Positions 18,011 to 27,618 of a stretch of 64,000 nucleotides of DNA are shown here, piece after piece. This DNA comes from an uncultured delta proteobacterium (GTDB taxonomy: Bacteria > Desulfobacterota > Binatia > Binatales > Binataceae), in assembly GCA_963842085.1 (NCBI GenBank), contig CAWJET010000002.1, positions 96,001 to 160,000 on the forward strand, in the 5' to 3' direction. The translations under genes were made by a program, and so were the position numbers. Under the pieces are notes generated by a model. It saw nothing but the letters and a program-made list of their open reading frames with translations. It was not told where the DNA came from and did no database searches. Position 1 is the first letter of the stretch. Every line of letters starts with the position of its first letter.

Positions 18011-19020
18011 GGTACGCGGCCGCCGAGAAGCTGGAGATCATCCGGCTGGTCGAGCAGTCGTCGCTGCCGGTGCGGCGCACCCTGGAGCAGATCGGCATCC
18101 CACGGTCCACCTTCTATTGCTGGTACGATCGCTATCGAACTCGCGATGATGAAGGGCTGGAGGATCGCACGCCGGCGCCGCGGCGGGTGTGGAACAAGCT
18201 CCCAGCTGCAGTTACTCAGGCCGTGCTCGAGCTTGCGCTCAAAGAACCGCAGCTATCGCCGCGGGAGTTGGCGGTCTCGTTCGTCGACCAGCAGCAGTAC
18301 TTCGTCTCGGAAGCCTCAGTTTATCGGCTGCTGAAGGCGCACGACCTGATCACCAGCCCGGCCTTCATCTTGATGAAGGCAGCCGACAGCTTCGCCCATC
18401 CAACCACCGCACCCAATCAACTCTGGCAGACCGACTTTACCTACCTGCGGGTGATCGGCTGGGGCTGGTTCTATCTGTCGACTGTCCTTGATGACTTCTC
18501 GCGCTATATCCTGGCCTGGAAGCTGTGTACCACCATGACTGCCACCGATGTCTCCGACACCCTCGCGATGGCGCTGCGCAACTCCGGGTTGGAGCGCGTC
18601 CGCGTCCGGCACCGGCCGCGCCTGCTGAGCGACAACGGACCGTCGTACGTGTCGGCCCAGCTTGGCTCCTGGCTCGCGGAGCATGGCATGATGCATACCC
18701 GCGGCAAGCCCTATCACCCGATGACCCAGGGTAAGATCGAACGTTACCATCGTTCGATGAAGAACCAGATCCTGCTCGAGAACTACTACCTGCCCGGTCA
18801 GCTCGAAGCGCGCCTGGCCGAGTTCGTCGACTACTACAACTCGCGCCGCTACCACGAAAGTCTCAACAACCTGACCCCGGCCGACGTCTACTTCGGCCGA
18901 GGTCCCGCGATTCTGTCACGGAGGAAAAATGCCAAACTGAAAACCATCGAAGCCAGACGCCGGCTGCATCATTCGTTCGCAGCCAAAGGTTCAACTCAGA
19001 TGGACCAGATCCTCTCTTAA
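18007..19020 (+). CDS. IS transposase OrfB (DDE/rve)
   Basis: WQTDFTY, LDDFSRY, SDNGPSY, GKIERYH. Confidence 0.95.
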   Translation: MRYAAAEKLEIIRLVEQSSLPVRRTLEQIGIPRSTFYCWYDRYRTRDDEGLEDRTPAPRRVWNKLPAAVTQAVLELALKEPQLSPRELAVSFVDQQQYFVSEASVYRLLKAHDLITSPAFILMKAADSFAHPTTAPNQLWQTDFTYLRVIGWGWFYLSTVLDDFSRYILAWKLCTTMTATDVSDTLAMALRNSGLERVRVRHRPRLLSDNGPSYVSAQLGSWLAEHGMMHTRGKPYHPMTQGKIERYHRSMKNQILLENYYLPGQLEARLAEFVDYYNSRRYHESLNNLTPADVYFGRGPAILSRRKNAKLKTIEARRRLHHSFAAKGSTQMDQILS

Positions 19021-19226
19021 TTCCTGTGCCAACTTGTCCAATAGGTTCTGACGACGTACAGTCGTACCCCCCGCCTGTTGGTCAGGCGGGAAGGTGATCT
19101 ATGCTGGTGCTGCCCCCTATTTGGAGTCAACAGAAACACAATCACCACAACGAGGGGGGCGAGAGTTGGATCTCCTATCAGGAGAGTTCGGACAATCTCC
19201 GATTCCGTTTAGGGCAGAGGCGGAAA

Positions 19227-19335
19227 CTTGAGTCGCACGCGAAAAGAGTCGCGCGCTGTGTAAGGACCTGCACCCTTCGGCAAACTCAGGGCAGGCTCTT
19301 CATCCTCTCCCTTGCAGGGCGAGGAGACAGAAGGT
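19227..19335 (-). repeat. family A repeat with internal insertion
   Basis: Family A arms interrupted by GCACCCTTCGGCAAACTCAGGGCAGGCT. Confidence 0.7.
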
Positions 19336-19582
19336 TGCATCCGGACAGTTCGTTAAGGTTCTGCAGTGCCTCGACATCTTGAACGTACGTTAACCTGCGC
19401 TCTCCCTGCCACATTTGGGTATTTCTTTGTCCGGATTGGTTCATTGCAAAATTTGCCGATTCCGTTGTTGCCGGTGGTTTGGTTCTTTTCGATCGTGAGG
19501 GCCGAAGGCTTTTGCAGGGCTTTTCGAGGTCGAGAGGATTGGCATCTTTGATGCTCTACCTGTTGGGTAGAGGTGACTGACA

Positions 19583-20122
19583 ATGAAACTCAGAACGAAT
19601 CTAATGACGGGGTTGATTGGGCTTGCGATGCTTGCGGCGCCGATCACAGCCGCTGCCAAAGATAATGATAGCGGCAATATCAGCTCGCATCAGGCGCAGG
19701 TGGAATCGGCTGCAAAGGAATCGCGCTCCAATGTTTCGGTGCGCAATGCCGCGCCGGCGACTCGTAAAGAGTCCCGCGATCAGCGCGATGCCCGGAGCTT
19801 TAATACGGGGCCGGTAGTTACGGAGCATCGTGACGTGCGGACCGATCGCGACCACGACGGCGATCGATGGAAGCATGACGGATCGCGCGACTACCGGAAC
19901 TATGGCGATCGTGACTACAACGGTCCTTACGCCGTTGAGGCTCCTTACTATGTGATGCCGCGCGGGTATGTTGGCGGCGCGTGCGGCTGGGCACGGCATC
20001 TGCGTACCGTTTACGAGCAAGACCGCAACACCGGGCATCCGGCGGCCGCGGCCGACCTGCTGCCGCAACTGCGTAAGGCGGAGCGAGACTGCGGTGGAGT
20101 CCCTTACAGCTACTTTCGCTAG
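19583..20122 (+). CDS. secreted hypothetical protein
   Basis: GAGGT RBS; signal peptide MKLRTNLMTGLIGLAMLAAPITAAA; Arg/Asp-rich. Confidence 0.75.
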   Translation: MKLRTNLMTGLIGLAMLAAPITAAAKDNDSGNISSHQAQVESAAKESRSNVSVRNAAPATRKESRDQRDARSFNTGPVVTEHRDVRTDRDHDGDRWKHDGSRDYRNYGDRDYNGPYAVEAPYYVMPRGYVGGACGWARHLRTVYEQDRNTGHPAAAADLLPQLRKAERDCGGVPYSYFR

Positions 20123-20323
20123 AGCTCGCGATTCCTGTTGGTCCTGACGACCGAGCGCGCGCCCCGTCTCCTCCCGGCGGGGCGCGCGCACCTCGATCGT
20201 AGTCAAACTGCGGTGGGTTTCACGCTGCACCCGATGGTAGTAGGAGGATGCGGGACTTCACTGGGAGTTTGTGAGCGAATTGAACAATGGCAGAAGCGGA
20301 GCGCGCGCAGCTGCGCGAACCAG

Positions 20324-20405
20324 GAGACCGGAACCGGCTTCGCGTGGCGCGAAGCTGTCCGAGGTCCCTCCTCCCGTCGCTAAGGCTCCCGTTGTCGGGA
20401 TGACA
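20324..20405 (-). repeat. repeat family C copy
   Basis: Reverse complement of 1181-1260 core. Confidence 0.8.
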
Positions 20406-20651
20406 AGCCGTGGCGCGTCGGTCGCTTGGTAAGAGCGATGACTTGGAGCCGGCGCTCCGATAACGAACCAATTTCCTCACAAACTCTGGGGCACGGGATC
20501 GGACGAAAGTGTGCTTTGCGGAACTTCGGTGGCGTTCAAGGCGACGCCACTTGGAGCTATGCTCGGCTTGACAAGTAGTTAACACGCAACCTGACTACGC
20601 CTTCCGTGTAGGCTCCACACAGTCGCACACATTCGGAAGTCGCACCTCCAG

Positions 20652-23609
20652 GTGGGCGAAGGAGGGCGCGTGCGCCCGGGTCCCAGGACTGGCTGGATCG
20701 TATTGCTGGCGCTGATGGCGGCCGCGCTGGCGCAGACGGCGGTGCGTGGGATTTTGCGCGCGGGAGTCGGCGCGCTCAGCGCCGACCGCGTGCTCGGGCG
20801 GGCCGACTTTATCAAGAACGCGGTGAACTATGTTGACCCGATCGGAATGAATGTGCCGGCCGGCGTCGCGATCGACCGGACTGCCGGCCACGTGCTGGTC
20901 GCGGACTCGCAGAACAATCGGGTGCTGGGCTGGAAGAGCGAGTCGGCGTTTGCATCGGGCGGCGCGGCGGACCTGGTGATCGGGCAGCCGGATTTCAATT
21001 CATCGGGATGCAATCAGAATGCGGCGGCGCCGGACGCGACGCGGCTGTGCCAGCCGATCGGAGTGGCGGTTGACGGGGCGCATCGCGTGTACGTCGGCGA
21101 TGCGCAAAACAACCGGGTGCTGGTGTTTGAAGATCCGTTCGCGGCGCTTGTCGCCAACGATCAGACCAGCGACTTCGCGGCCGACGTGGTATTCGGGCAG
21201 GCTGGGAGCTTCGTCACGAACACGGCCAATGAGAGCGGGCTGAGCGCCGACAGTCTGAACAGTCCGCAGGGGGTGGCGGTCGATGCGAACGGCAACCTGT
21301 TCGTGGCCGACGTGAATAACAATCGCGCGCTGGTCTTTTTCTCCCCGATTCTGATGACGATGATTAAGGGGCCGCCCGGGAATTTCGGCGACGCGACGGC
21401 GGACGTGGCGGTTGGACAGCCGGACCTGGTCAGCGGAGCCTGCAACCAGGGGGGAAGCGCGACGCTCGCGAGCTTGTGCATGGCGCCGTTTTACGGGGTC
21501 GGGATAGCGGTCGATGGCGGCGACAATCTTTATGTCGCCGATACGAAGAACAATCGGGCGCTCGAGTACAACGGTCCGTTCGGCTACGGGCAGACCAACA
21601 ATGTCACGGCCGACCTGGTATTCGAGGGCAACAACCTGGCGCTGCCGTCGGGGGTCGCGGCCGACTCGAACGAGAACTTTTACGTTTCATCGGAGCAGCA
21701 CAACCAGGTGTACGAGTACACGCAGCCGGTTCCGCTGATGAGGTCGGACCTGCTCAACCTGATGATCGGGCCCGGGGCGCAGAATCCGAACGCCGCGTCG
21801 CTGCAATTCCCGATGGGCCTCGCGATCGACGCGGTCAACAATCTCTACGTTGCCGACCAGGCGAACAATCGCGTGCTCGAGTTCAACGAGGGCAGCTCGC
21901 CGAGCAACAAGGTGGCTAACGGCGCGGGCGGACAAATCGATCGGGCGCACAACGGGCCAAACCTGGTCGACGCGATCGGCGAGCGCACGGCGGGCGGAAT
22001 CGCGGTGGACGCGACGTCGCAGCCGCCGCATCGCCATCTGTATGTGGCCGACACCATCAACAATCGCGTGCTCGGATGGAATGACGTGTCGTCGTCGGTG
22101 GCGGCGCAGCCGGCGAATATCGTCTTTGGACAGCCCGACCTCTTTTCGTACAAGTGCAACAACGGCGTCGCGGGCGGCGACGTCGGCGGGCTCGGGGCGG
22201 ACAGCCTGTGCGGTCCGGCGCGGATGGCGGTCGATCAGAACGGAAATCTGTATGTGGCGGACGCGGGCAACAATCGCGTGCTGGTGTACAACACGCCGTT
22301 CAACGCGGGCAGCGGCGAGCCGGGCGCGGGCGACACGTCGGCGGATTTCGTTTACGGACAGGGGGGAGCGTTCACGACGCGGAGCTGCAATCCGGGCGGC
22401 GCGAGTGCGACGAGCTTGTGCAATCCGGCGGCGGTGGCGTTCGACAGCGCGGGCAACATCTATATAGCCGACGCGGGGAACAACCGCGTGCTCGAGTTCG
22501 CCAAGGCGGGCAATCCGCCGGTGGCGTCGGATGCGATCGCCAGTCGAGCATACGGGCAGGGGGCGGTCGCGGATTTCTCGGACACGCTATGCGCCGACGG
22601 CGTTGGCGGGGATCCGGCGCCGAGCGAGCACGGGATGTGCAATCCGGGCGGGGTCGCGCTTGACGGGTCGGGGAACCTGCTGGTGGCGGACTCGGGCAAC
22701 GACCGGGTGCTCGAAATCGACGCGCCGCTTTCGGGCACGCAGGATGCGACGCGGGTCTTCGGCCAGGGCGGCGACTTCGCGGCGTCGGGATGCAATCGGG
22801 GCGCGACGGCGCCGGGCGCGTCAACCTTATGCGCACCGGCGGGCCTGATGCTCGACGTGCTCGGCAACCTGTGGGTGGCCGACGCGAACAACGATCGCGT
22901 GCTCGAGTACCAAGCGCCGTTCGATTCGGACACTGCCGCGGCGAAGGCGATAGGCCAGGGCGACGGGGACAGTTTCACGACCTCGGGATGCAATCGGGGA
23001 ATCGCACCGGGCGACTTGTACGGACTTGGCGCGGACAGCTTGTGCGCGCCGTCGGCGGTCGCGGTCGATTCGAATATCGACCTGTACGTGGCGGACACGG
23101 GCAACAACCGCTCGATGGTCTACGACGGAATAGTCGCGACGCCCACGCCCACGGCGACGCCGACCGCGTCGGCTACCGGTACGCCTTCGCCGACCGCAAC
23201 TGCGACAACGACCGCGACCGCATCGGCGACGGCGACTGCGTCGGCGACCGCAACCGCGACGACGACTGCGACGCCGTCCCCCACGCCGACGCCGGCGCCG
23301 GGCGGCAAACTGAAGCTGAGTCCGAAGTCGATCAAGTTCGGCAAGGTCGCGGTCGGAAGCCATTCAACCTCACGCGCGATCCAGATCAGTAACGCCGGGA
23401 CGGCGACGCTGGTGGCCGCGGTACCGACGCAGGGCGCGCCGTTCGTGGTGAACGGAGGAGAATTCACGGTCAGTCCACATGGCTCGACGGCGGTGACGAT
23501 TGAGTTTTCGCCGACCGCGAAGGGGAAGGCGCACGAGGTGCTCGAAATAACCAGCAGCGACCCGAAGCATCGAACGGTGACGGTGAAGGTCAGCGGCACG
23601 GGCATGTGA
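20652..23609 (+). CDS. NHL-repeat surface protein with Thr/Ala/Pro linker and C-terminal Ig-like domain
   Basis: Repeated GVAVD..GNLYVAD..NNRVL and GQPD..CN..SLC.P units; TPTATAT linker; LSPKSIKFG...ISNAG...FSPT domain. Confidence 0.9.
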   Translation: MGEGGRVRPGPRTGWIVLLALMAAALAQTAVRGILRAGVGALSADRVLGRADFIKNAVNYVDPIGMNVPAGVAIDRTAGHVLVADSQNNRVLGWKSESAFASGGAADLVIGQPDFNSSGCNQNAAAPDATRLCQPIGVAVDGAHRVYVGDAQNNRVLVFEDPFAALVANDQTSDFAADVVFGQAGSFVTNTANESGLSADSLNSPQGVAVDANGNLFVADVNNNRALVFFSPILMTMIKGPPGNFGDATADVAVGQPDLVSGACNQGGSATLASLCMAPFYGVGIAVDGGDNLYVADTKNNRALEYNGPFGYGQTNNVTADLVFEGNNLALPSGVAADSNENFYVSSEQHNQVYEYTQPVPLMRSDLLNLMIGPGAQNPNAASLQFPMGLAIDAVNNLYVADQANNRVLEFNEGSSPSNKVANGAGGQIDRAHNGPNLVDAIGERTAGGIAVDATSQPPHRHLYVADTINNRVLGWNDVSSSVAAQPANIVFGQPDLFSYKCNNGVAGGDVGGLGADSLCGPARMAVDQNGNLYVADAGNNRVLVYNTPFNAGSGEPGAGDTSADFVYGQGGAFTTRSCNPGGASATSLCNPAAVAFDSAGNIYIADAGNNRVLEFAKAGNPPVASDAIASRAYGQGAVADFSDTLCADGVGGDPAPSEHGMCNPGGVALDGSGNLLVADSGNDRVLEIDAPLSGTQDATRVFGQGGDFAASGCNRGATAPGASTLCAPAGLMLDVLGNLWVADANNDRVLEYQAPFDSDTAAAKAIGQGDGDSFTTSGCNRGIAPGDLYGLGADSLCAPSAVAVDSNIDLYVADTGNNRSMVYDGIVATPTPTATPTASATGTPSPTATATTTATASATATASATATATTTATPSPTPTPAPGGKLKLSPKSIKFGKVAVGSHSTSRAIQISNAGTATLVAAVPTQGAPFVVNGGEFTVSPHGSTAVTIEFSPTAKGKAHEVLEITSSDPKHRTVTVKVSGTGM

Positions 23610-23638
23610 GTGAGGAGGGAAGGGAAACTTAATCTAAG

Positions 23639-23691
23639 GTGAAACCTGCCCGGGTTTCACGCTTCCTAGGGCAGGAGTGACCCCTGCACCC
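23639..23691 (+). repeat. repeat family B copy
   Basis: GTGAAACCTGCCCGGGTTTCACGCTTCC...GCAGGAGTGACCCCTGCACCC. Confidence 0.85.
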
Positions 23692-23821
23692 GATACTATG
23701 GCGGCTTCGCCCTGTTAGAAGCCTTCATGAGGAAGGTGTTTGCTATCCGGAGAATCCCTTCCACGATGGCACGCCAGATGCTCCCCCTTCGCCTTGTGAA
23801 GGTAAGACAACGCGCGCGATC

Positions 23822-23856
23822 AAGCGGCGGGTCGTCGGACTCGCCGCTTTCATTTT
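23822..23856 (+). terminator. rho-independent terminator between convergent genes
   Basis: AAGCGGCGGGTC-GTCG-GACTCGCCGCTT followed by TCATTTT. Confidence 0.65.
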
Positions 23857-23885
23857 GGCGATTAGCTAGTCGGGATTGACTATCT

Positions 23886-24692
23886 TCAGATTACTATTCC
23901 GCGATGGGGCCGCACCGAGAGTGAGTATCTGCCGCGCGCGCGCGTGAGCCGCACCGGCGCCGCGAACGCGCTCGACAGCGTCGCGGAAGTGAGCACGCGC
24001 GCGCGCGGTCCGGCGGCGAGCACGCGGCCCGCCTTGAGCACCAGCACGTGCGAGAAGATCGCGACGATCTCTTCGACGTGATGGGTGACCAGCACCATCG
24101 TCGGCGCGCCACGGGCGCGCGCGAGGCGGCCGAGGAACTGCAGAAAATGCTCGCGGGCGACGGGGTCGAGACCGGCGCACGGCTCGTCGAGGATCATGAG
24201 CCGCGGCGAGGCCATCAGCGCCCGCCCGATGAGCACGCGCTGGCGCTCGCCCTGGGACAGAAATCGCCACGGACGATCGCGCAGCGCGCGGGCCTCGATC
24301 CGGCGCAGGATTGCGCCGGCGGCGCGCAGTTCGTCGGGGCGCATCGCGCCCCAGTAGCCGATCCGTGCGGAGCGTCCGCTGATGATGGCTTTGAGAGCCG
24401 TCTCGCTGTCTTCCATCATCTGGTGCACGCTCGAGCTGACCAGCCCGATCCGCGTCCTCAGATCGCGCCAGTCAAAGCGTCCGTAGGTCTCGCCGAGCAC
24501 CCGAATTTCGCCGGCGGTGGGCGGCAGGTAGCCGGTCAGCGCGCGTAGCAGCGAGGTCTTGCCCGAGCCGTTGGCGCCGAGAATCGCCCAATGCTCGCCG
24601 CGTTCGACGCGCCAATCGATCGATTCGAGGATGACGGCCTCGCGCTCGACCCGCAGCGCGCTCACCTCGATCACAGGTGAAACGGATTTCAT
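23886..24692 (-). CDS. ABC transporter ATP-binding protein (ModF-like)
   Basis: GANGSGKT Walker A, LSQGERQR, ILDEP, VTHH; real start MKSVSP at 24692. Confidence 0.9.
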   Translation of the reverse strand: MKSVSPVIEVSALRVEREAVILESIDWRVERGEHWAILGANGSGKTSLLRALTGYLPPTAGEIRVLGETYGRFDWRDLRTRIGLVSSSVHQMMEDSETALKAIISGRSARIGYWGAMRPDELRAAGAILRRIEARALRDRPWRFLSQGERQRVLIGRALMASPRLMILDEPCAGLDPVAREHFLQFLGRLARARGAPTMVLVTHHVEEIVAIFSHVLVLKAGRVLAAGPRARVLTSATLSSAFAAPVRLTRARGRYSLSVRPHRGIVI

Positions 24693-24751
24693 GGTGCGGC
24701 AATTTCTAACAGGCCGGCGCGGGTGAATGCGAGGCGGGTGATTGGCAGGAA

Positions 24752-24806
24752 AGTTCAGGGCTGAACTGTTCAGCCTTATGCAAATTCGAAACGCGATGCA
24801 CAATGC
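24752..24806 (+). promoter_or_regulatory. candidate activator-dependent late promoter
   Basis: GGCTGAAC-T-GTTCAGCC palindrome (24759-24775), overlapping AGTTCAG-GG-CTGAACT, and a -10-like CACAAT near 24800 before the protease gene. Confidence 0.5.
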
Positions 24807-24812
24807 GCCTCG

Positions 24813-25943
24813 ATGGACAACCTCACTACACGCACCGGCGGTGAAAACGAAATGGGGGCGGGCAAACTGATTCCTTCGTTCGTGATCGATACCGCCGGTG
24901 CGCCCGCCTCTGCGCCAGCAGCGGGAGATGGAGCGGCGGCGGCGCCGGAATGGATCGAGCTGCTGCCGGCGGGGGTGTTCTACGGCCGCGACGGGCGCGG
25001 GCCGTTTCGGCTCGACGATCCGGCGGCGGTGATCGAGTCGACGATCGCGATGCAGATGAACGCGGGCATCCCGATCGACTACGACCATGCCACCGATTTC
25101 GGCGCGCCCGAAGGACGGCCCGCTCCGGCGGCGGGATGGATCCGCGAACTCGAAGTGCGCGGCGGCGCGGTGTGGGGGCGGGTGGAATGGACGGCGCGCG
25201 CGGCCGATTCGATTGTGGCGCGCGAGTACCGCTACGTCTCGCCCGTGTTCCAGTTCGATCCGAAGGACGGCAGTGTGACCCGGCTGTTGCGCGCCGGCCT
25301 CACCAACAATCCAAACCTTCACCTGACCGCGATTGCGGCGTCGCGTACGGCGGCCGCCGAAACGAGGGACGAACGCATGGAATTCCCAACTCAAGAGTTG
25401 CGCGAACTGCTGAATCTTGACGCCGACGCGACGGCGGCGGAGGTGGTCGCAAGAGTGCGCGAACTGCGGGCGGCAAAAGACGCGACCGGCGCGCATGCGC
25501 ACGACCCGGCACGTTACGTGGCGATCGGCGAGTTCGAGCGGGCGCTCACCGAGCTCAATGCGCTCAAGGCCGAGCGCGCACGCGAGCGCGCGGCGCATAC
25601 GGTGGAAGAGGCGATTCGCGCGGGCAAAATCGTGCCGGCGCAGCGCGAGTGGGCGATCGCGTACTGCGTAGCGGACGCGCGCGGCTTCCAGGCGTTCGCG
25701 GCCAAGCAGCCGTCGATCGTCGGCGGGGACCTGGGGCTGGCGGGAGAGCCGCCGGCGGACAGGCGAGCGGGCGGCGGGCTTAACGCGGCGGAGCTCGCGA
25801 TCTGCGCGCAGCTCGGCCTCAAGCATTCGGAGTTCATCCGGCGCAAGCGCGGACGCGCGGACTTCCTGAGTCTCGAACGCGCCGACGCCGAGCTCAGAAA
25901 CGCGGAAATCCGCAACGCTGATTTTCGAAACAACCAGGACTAA
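24813..25943 (+). CDS. Mu gp32-like protease/scaffold (I/Z)
   Basis: EWIELLPAG, GRDGRGP, IDYDH, APAAGWI, VEWT, EYRYVSPVF, GLTNNPNL, GKIVPAQREWA. Confidence 0.95.
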   Translation: MDNLTTRTGGENEMGAGKLIPSFVIDTAGAPASAPAAGDGAAAAPEWIELLPAGVFYGRDGRGPFRLDDPAAVIESTIAMQMNAGIPIDYDHATDFGAPEGRPAPAAGWIRELEVRGGAVWGRVEWTARAADSIVAREYRYVSPVFQFDPKDGSVTRLLRAGLTNNPNLHLTAIAASRTAAAETRDERMEFPTQELRELLNLDADATAAEVVARVRELRAAKDATGAHAHDPARYVAIGEFERALTELNALKAERARERAAHTVEEAIRAGKIVPAQREWAIAYCVADARGFQAFAAKQPSIVGGDLGLAGEPPADRRAGGGLNAAELAICAQLGLKHSEFIRRKRGRADFLSLERADAELRNAEIRNADFRNNQD

Positions 25944-25982
25944 CTCGCGCCTCACGCGGCGCGCATCAACAAGGGTGAAAAG

Positions 25983-26465
25983 ATGGCGGCTCTAACCAAT
26001 GCGCGAAACACGCCCGAGATGGCCGATGGCGGCAGGATGCGGGTCTACCCGGTCGAAGCGAACACCAACGTTTACCTGGGCGGGATGGTCGCGCTGAACG
26101 CGGCGGGCAACGCGGTGCCGGCGTCGGCGACGACGACGGTCGCGAATGCACTCAAGGTCGTGGGGCGCGCCGAATACGTGAGCAACGGAATCCCGGGGCA
26201 GAACGCGATCAACAACCCCGGCGCCGCGGGCGCGATTTCGATCACGGCGCGCAAGGGAGTCTTCCTCTATGCGACGGACGGATCGGTTGGTGCGGCGCAG
26301 GTCGGACTCGTGTGCTTTGCGCTCGACGACAACAACGTCACGGCAGCCGACCGTGCAAGCGGGGCGGGGGTGCAGCAATACGCGGCGGCCGGGACGGTGG
26401 TGGCGATCGATCCGAGCGGGCAGGTGTGGGTGGATTTCTGGCATCAGTCGGCGGCCGCAGCGTGA
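25983..26465 (+). CDS. capsid-associated (decoration/cement-like) protein
   Basis: MAALTNARNTP...YPVEAN..YLGGMV...GVF...DDNNV...VWVD; between protease and capsid. Confidence 0.7.
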   Translation: MAALTNARNTPEMADGGRMRVYPVEANTNVYLGGMVALNAAGNAVPASATTTVANALKVVGRAEYVSNGIPGQNAINNPGAAGAISITARKGVFLYATDGSVGAAQVGLVCFALDDNNVTAADRASGAGVQQYAAAGTVVAIDPSGQVWVDFWHQSAAAA

Positions 26466-26505
26466 CGATGACGCTCAGCAAAAAATGAAGACGAGGAAGA
26501 ATTAG

Positions 26506-27450
26506 ATGGAAATCAGCGCAGCGAATCTGACCGCATTGTTCACCGGCTTCGACGTCGTCTTCCAGCGCGGGTTCGAGAAGCCGCCGTCATATTACGAGCA
26601 GATCACCAGCGTGGTGCGTTCGGCGTCGCGCCAGACCACCTATCCGTGGCTTGGACGCACTACCAAGTTTCGCGAGTGGCTGGGCGACAGAGTAATCCAG
26701 GCGCTCGAGACGCATGAATACACAATAGTCAATCGGAACTTCGAGGATACGGTCGCGATCGATCGCAACGATATCGAGGACGACACCTATGGCGCTTACG
26801 AGCCGATCATCGAGCAGCTCGGGTGGGACACGAAGGTGCATCCGGACATGCTGTTGTTCGCGATGATCAAGGACGCGGTGGCGAATCCGAGCGACGTCGT
26901 CGGCTTCGACGGGGTGCCATTTTTTTCGGCGAGTCATCCGGTCGGTCCGACGGGCCAGGCCGGGACCACGGCGGCGAACATCAACTCGAGCGGATCGGGT
27001 GCGTACTGGTACCTGATCGATGCGTCGCGGGTGATTCGTCCGTTCATCTTTCAGCTCCGGCGCGAATACGCGGTGACGCGAATGACTAATGTCGCGGACG
27101 AGGCGGTGTTCAACCGGCGCGAGTTTCGCTACGGGGTGGACGGGCGGGCGAACACCGGGGTCGGGCTGTGGCAGTTGGCCTATGCCAGCAACACAGACCT
27201 GAGCAATCCGACCAACTACGGAGCGGCGCGCGCAGCGATGCGAGCGTTCAAAACCGATGCGGGACAGCCGTTTGGCGCGTTGTCGAGCCGCAGCGGCGTG
27301 TACCTGCTGGTGCCGCCGACGCTCGAAGAGGTTGCGCGTCAACTGCTGAACTCCGAGTTCATGGCCGGCGCCGGGGCGAGTGCGAATGTGGCGACTTCGA
27401 ACATCTGGCGCAACAGCGCCGACCTCATCGTCAGTGAGTTCCTGGCGTAA
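26506..27450 (+). CDS. Mu gpT-like major capsid protein
   Basis: YPWLG..FREWLGDR, RNDIEDD, FDGVPFFSASHPV, RPFIFQ, YGVDGR..G.GLWQLAY, LLVPPTLE. Confidence 0.95.
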   Translation: MEISAANLTALFTGFDVVFQRGFEKPPSYYEQITSVVRSASRQTTYPWLGRTTKFREWLGDRVIQALETHEYTIVNRNFEDTVAIDRNDIEDDTYGAYEPIIEQLGWDTKVHPDMLLFAMIKDAVANPSDVVGFDGVPFFSASHPVGPTGQAGTTAANINSSGSGAYWYLIDASRVIRPFIFQLRREYAVTRMTNVADEAVFNRREFRYGVDGRANTGVGLWQLAYASNTDLSNPTNYGAARAAMRAFKTDAGQPFGALSSRSGVYLLVPPTLEEVARQLLNSEFMAGAGASANVATSNIWRNSADLIVSEFLA

Positions 27451-27618
27451 GGACGGGGCGATGAAACCAGTTTTCCTGGGCCGGCGTATCGCGGGTTCCC
27501 CTCCTGCCCGCGGCGCTGGAATGCGCGGCCACTCTCCGCGGGCGCAGGCCAGTTGCCTGACGCCCGCGAAGAGACCTATCGGGGGAATAGTTACTTCGGA
27601 TGCAATGAGGTTACGACA

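Larger units (their letters stand above)
17548..19060 (+). mobile_element. IS3-family insertion sequence (~1.5 kb)
   Basis: TGT...ACA ends, 26-bp imperfect IRs (TGTTCCCCGTCAGCACAAGTTGGACA / TGTACGTCGTCAGAACCTATTGGACA), GTCGTAC duplicated at 17541-17547 and 19061-19067. Confidence 0.93.

Noticed and set aside
23135-23300. Low-complexity GCGAC-rich DNA repeat
   Set aside because: Explained by the Thr/Ala/Pro linker of the NHL protein
10951-23691. Repeat B as a CRISPR array
   Set aside because: Copies are kilobases apart with whole genes between them; no regular spacers and no cas genes
23886-25955. 689-aa ORF as a fused ABC protein
   Set aside because: The N-terminal part is the antisense shadow of the phage protease gene; ABC homology starts at 24692
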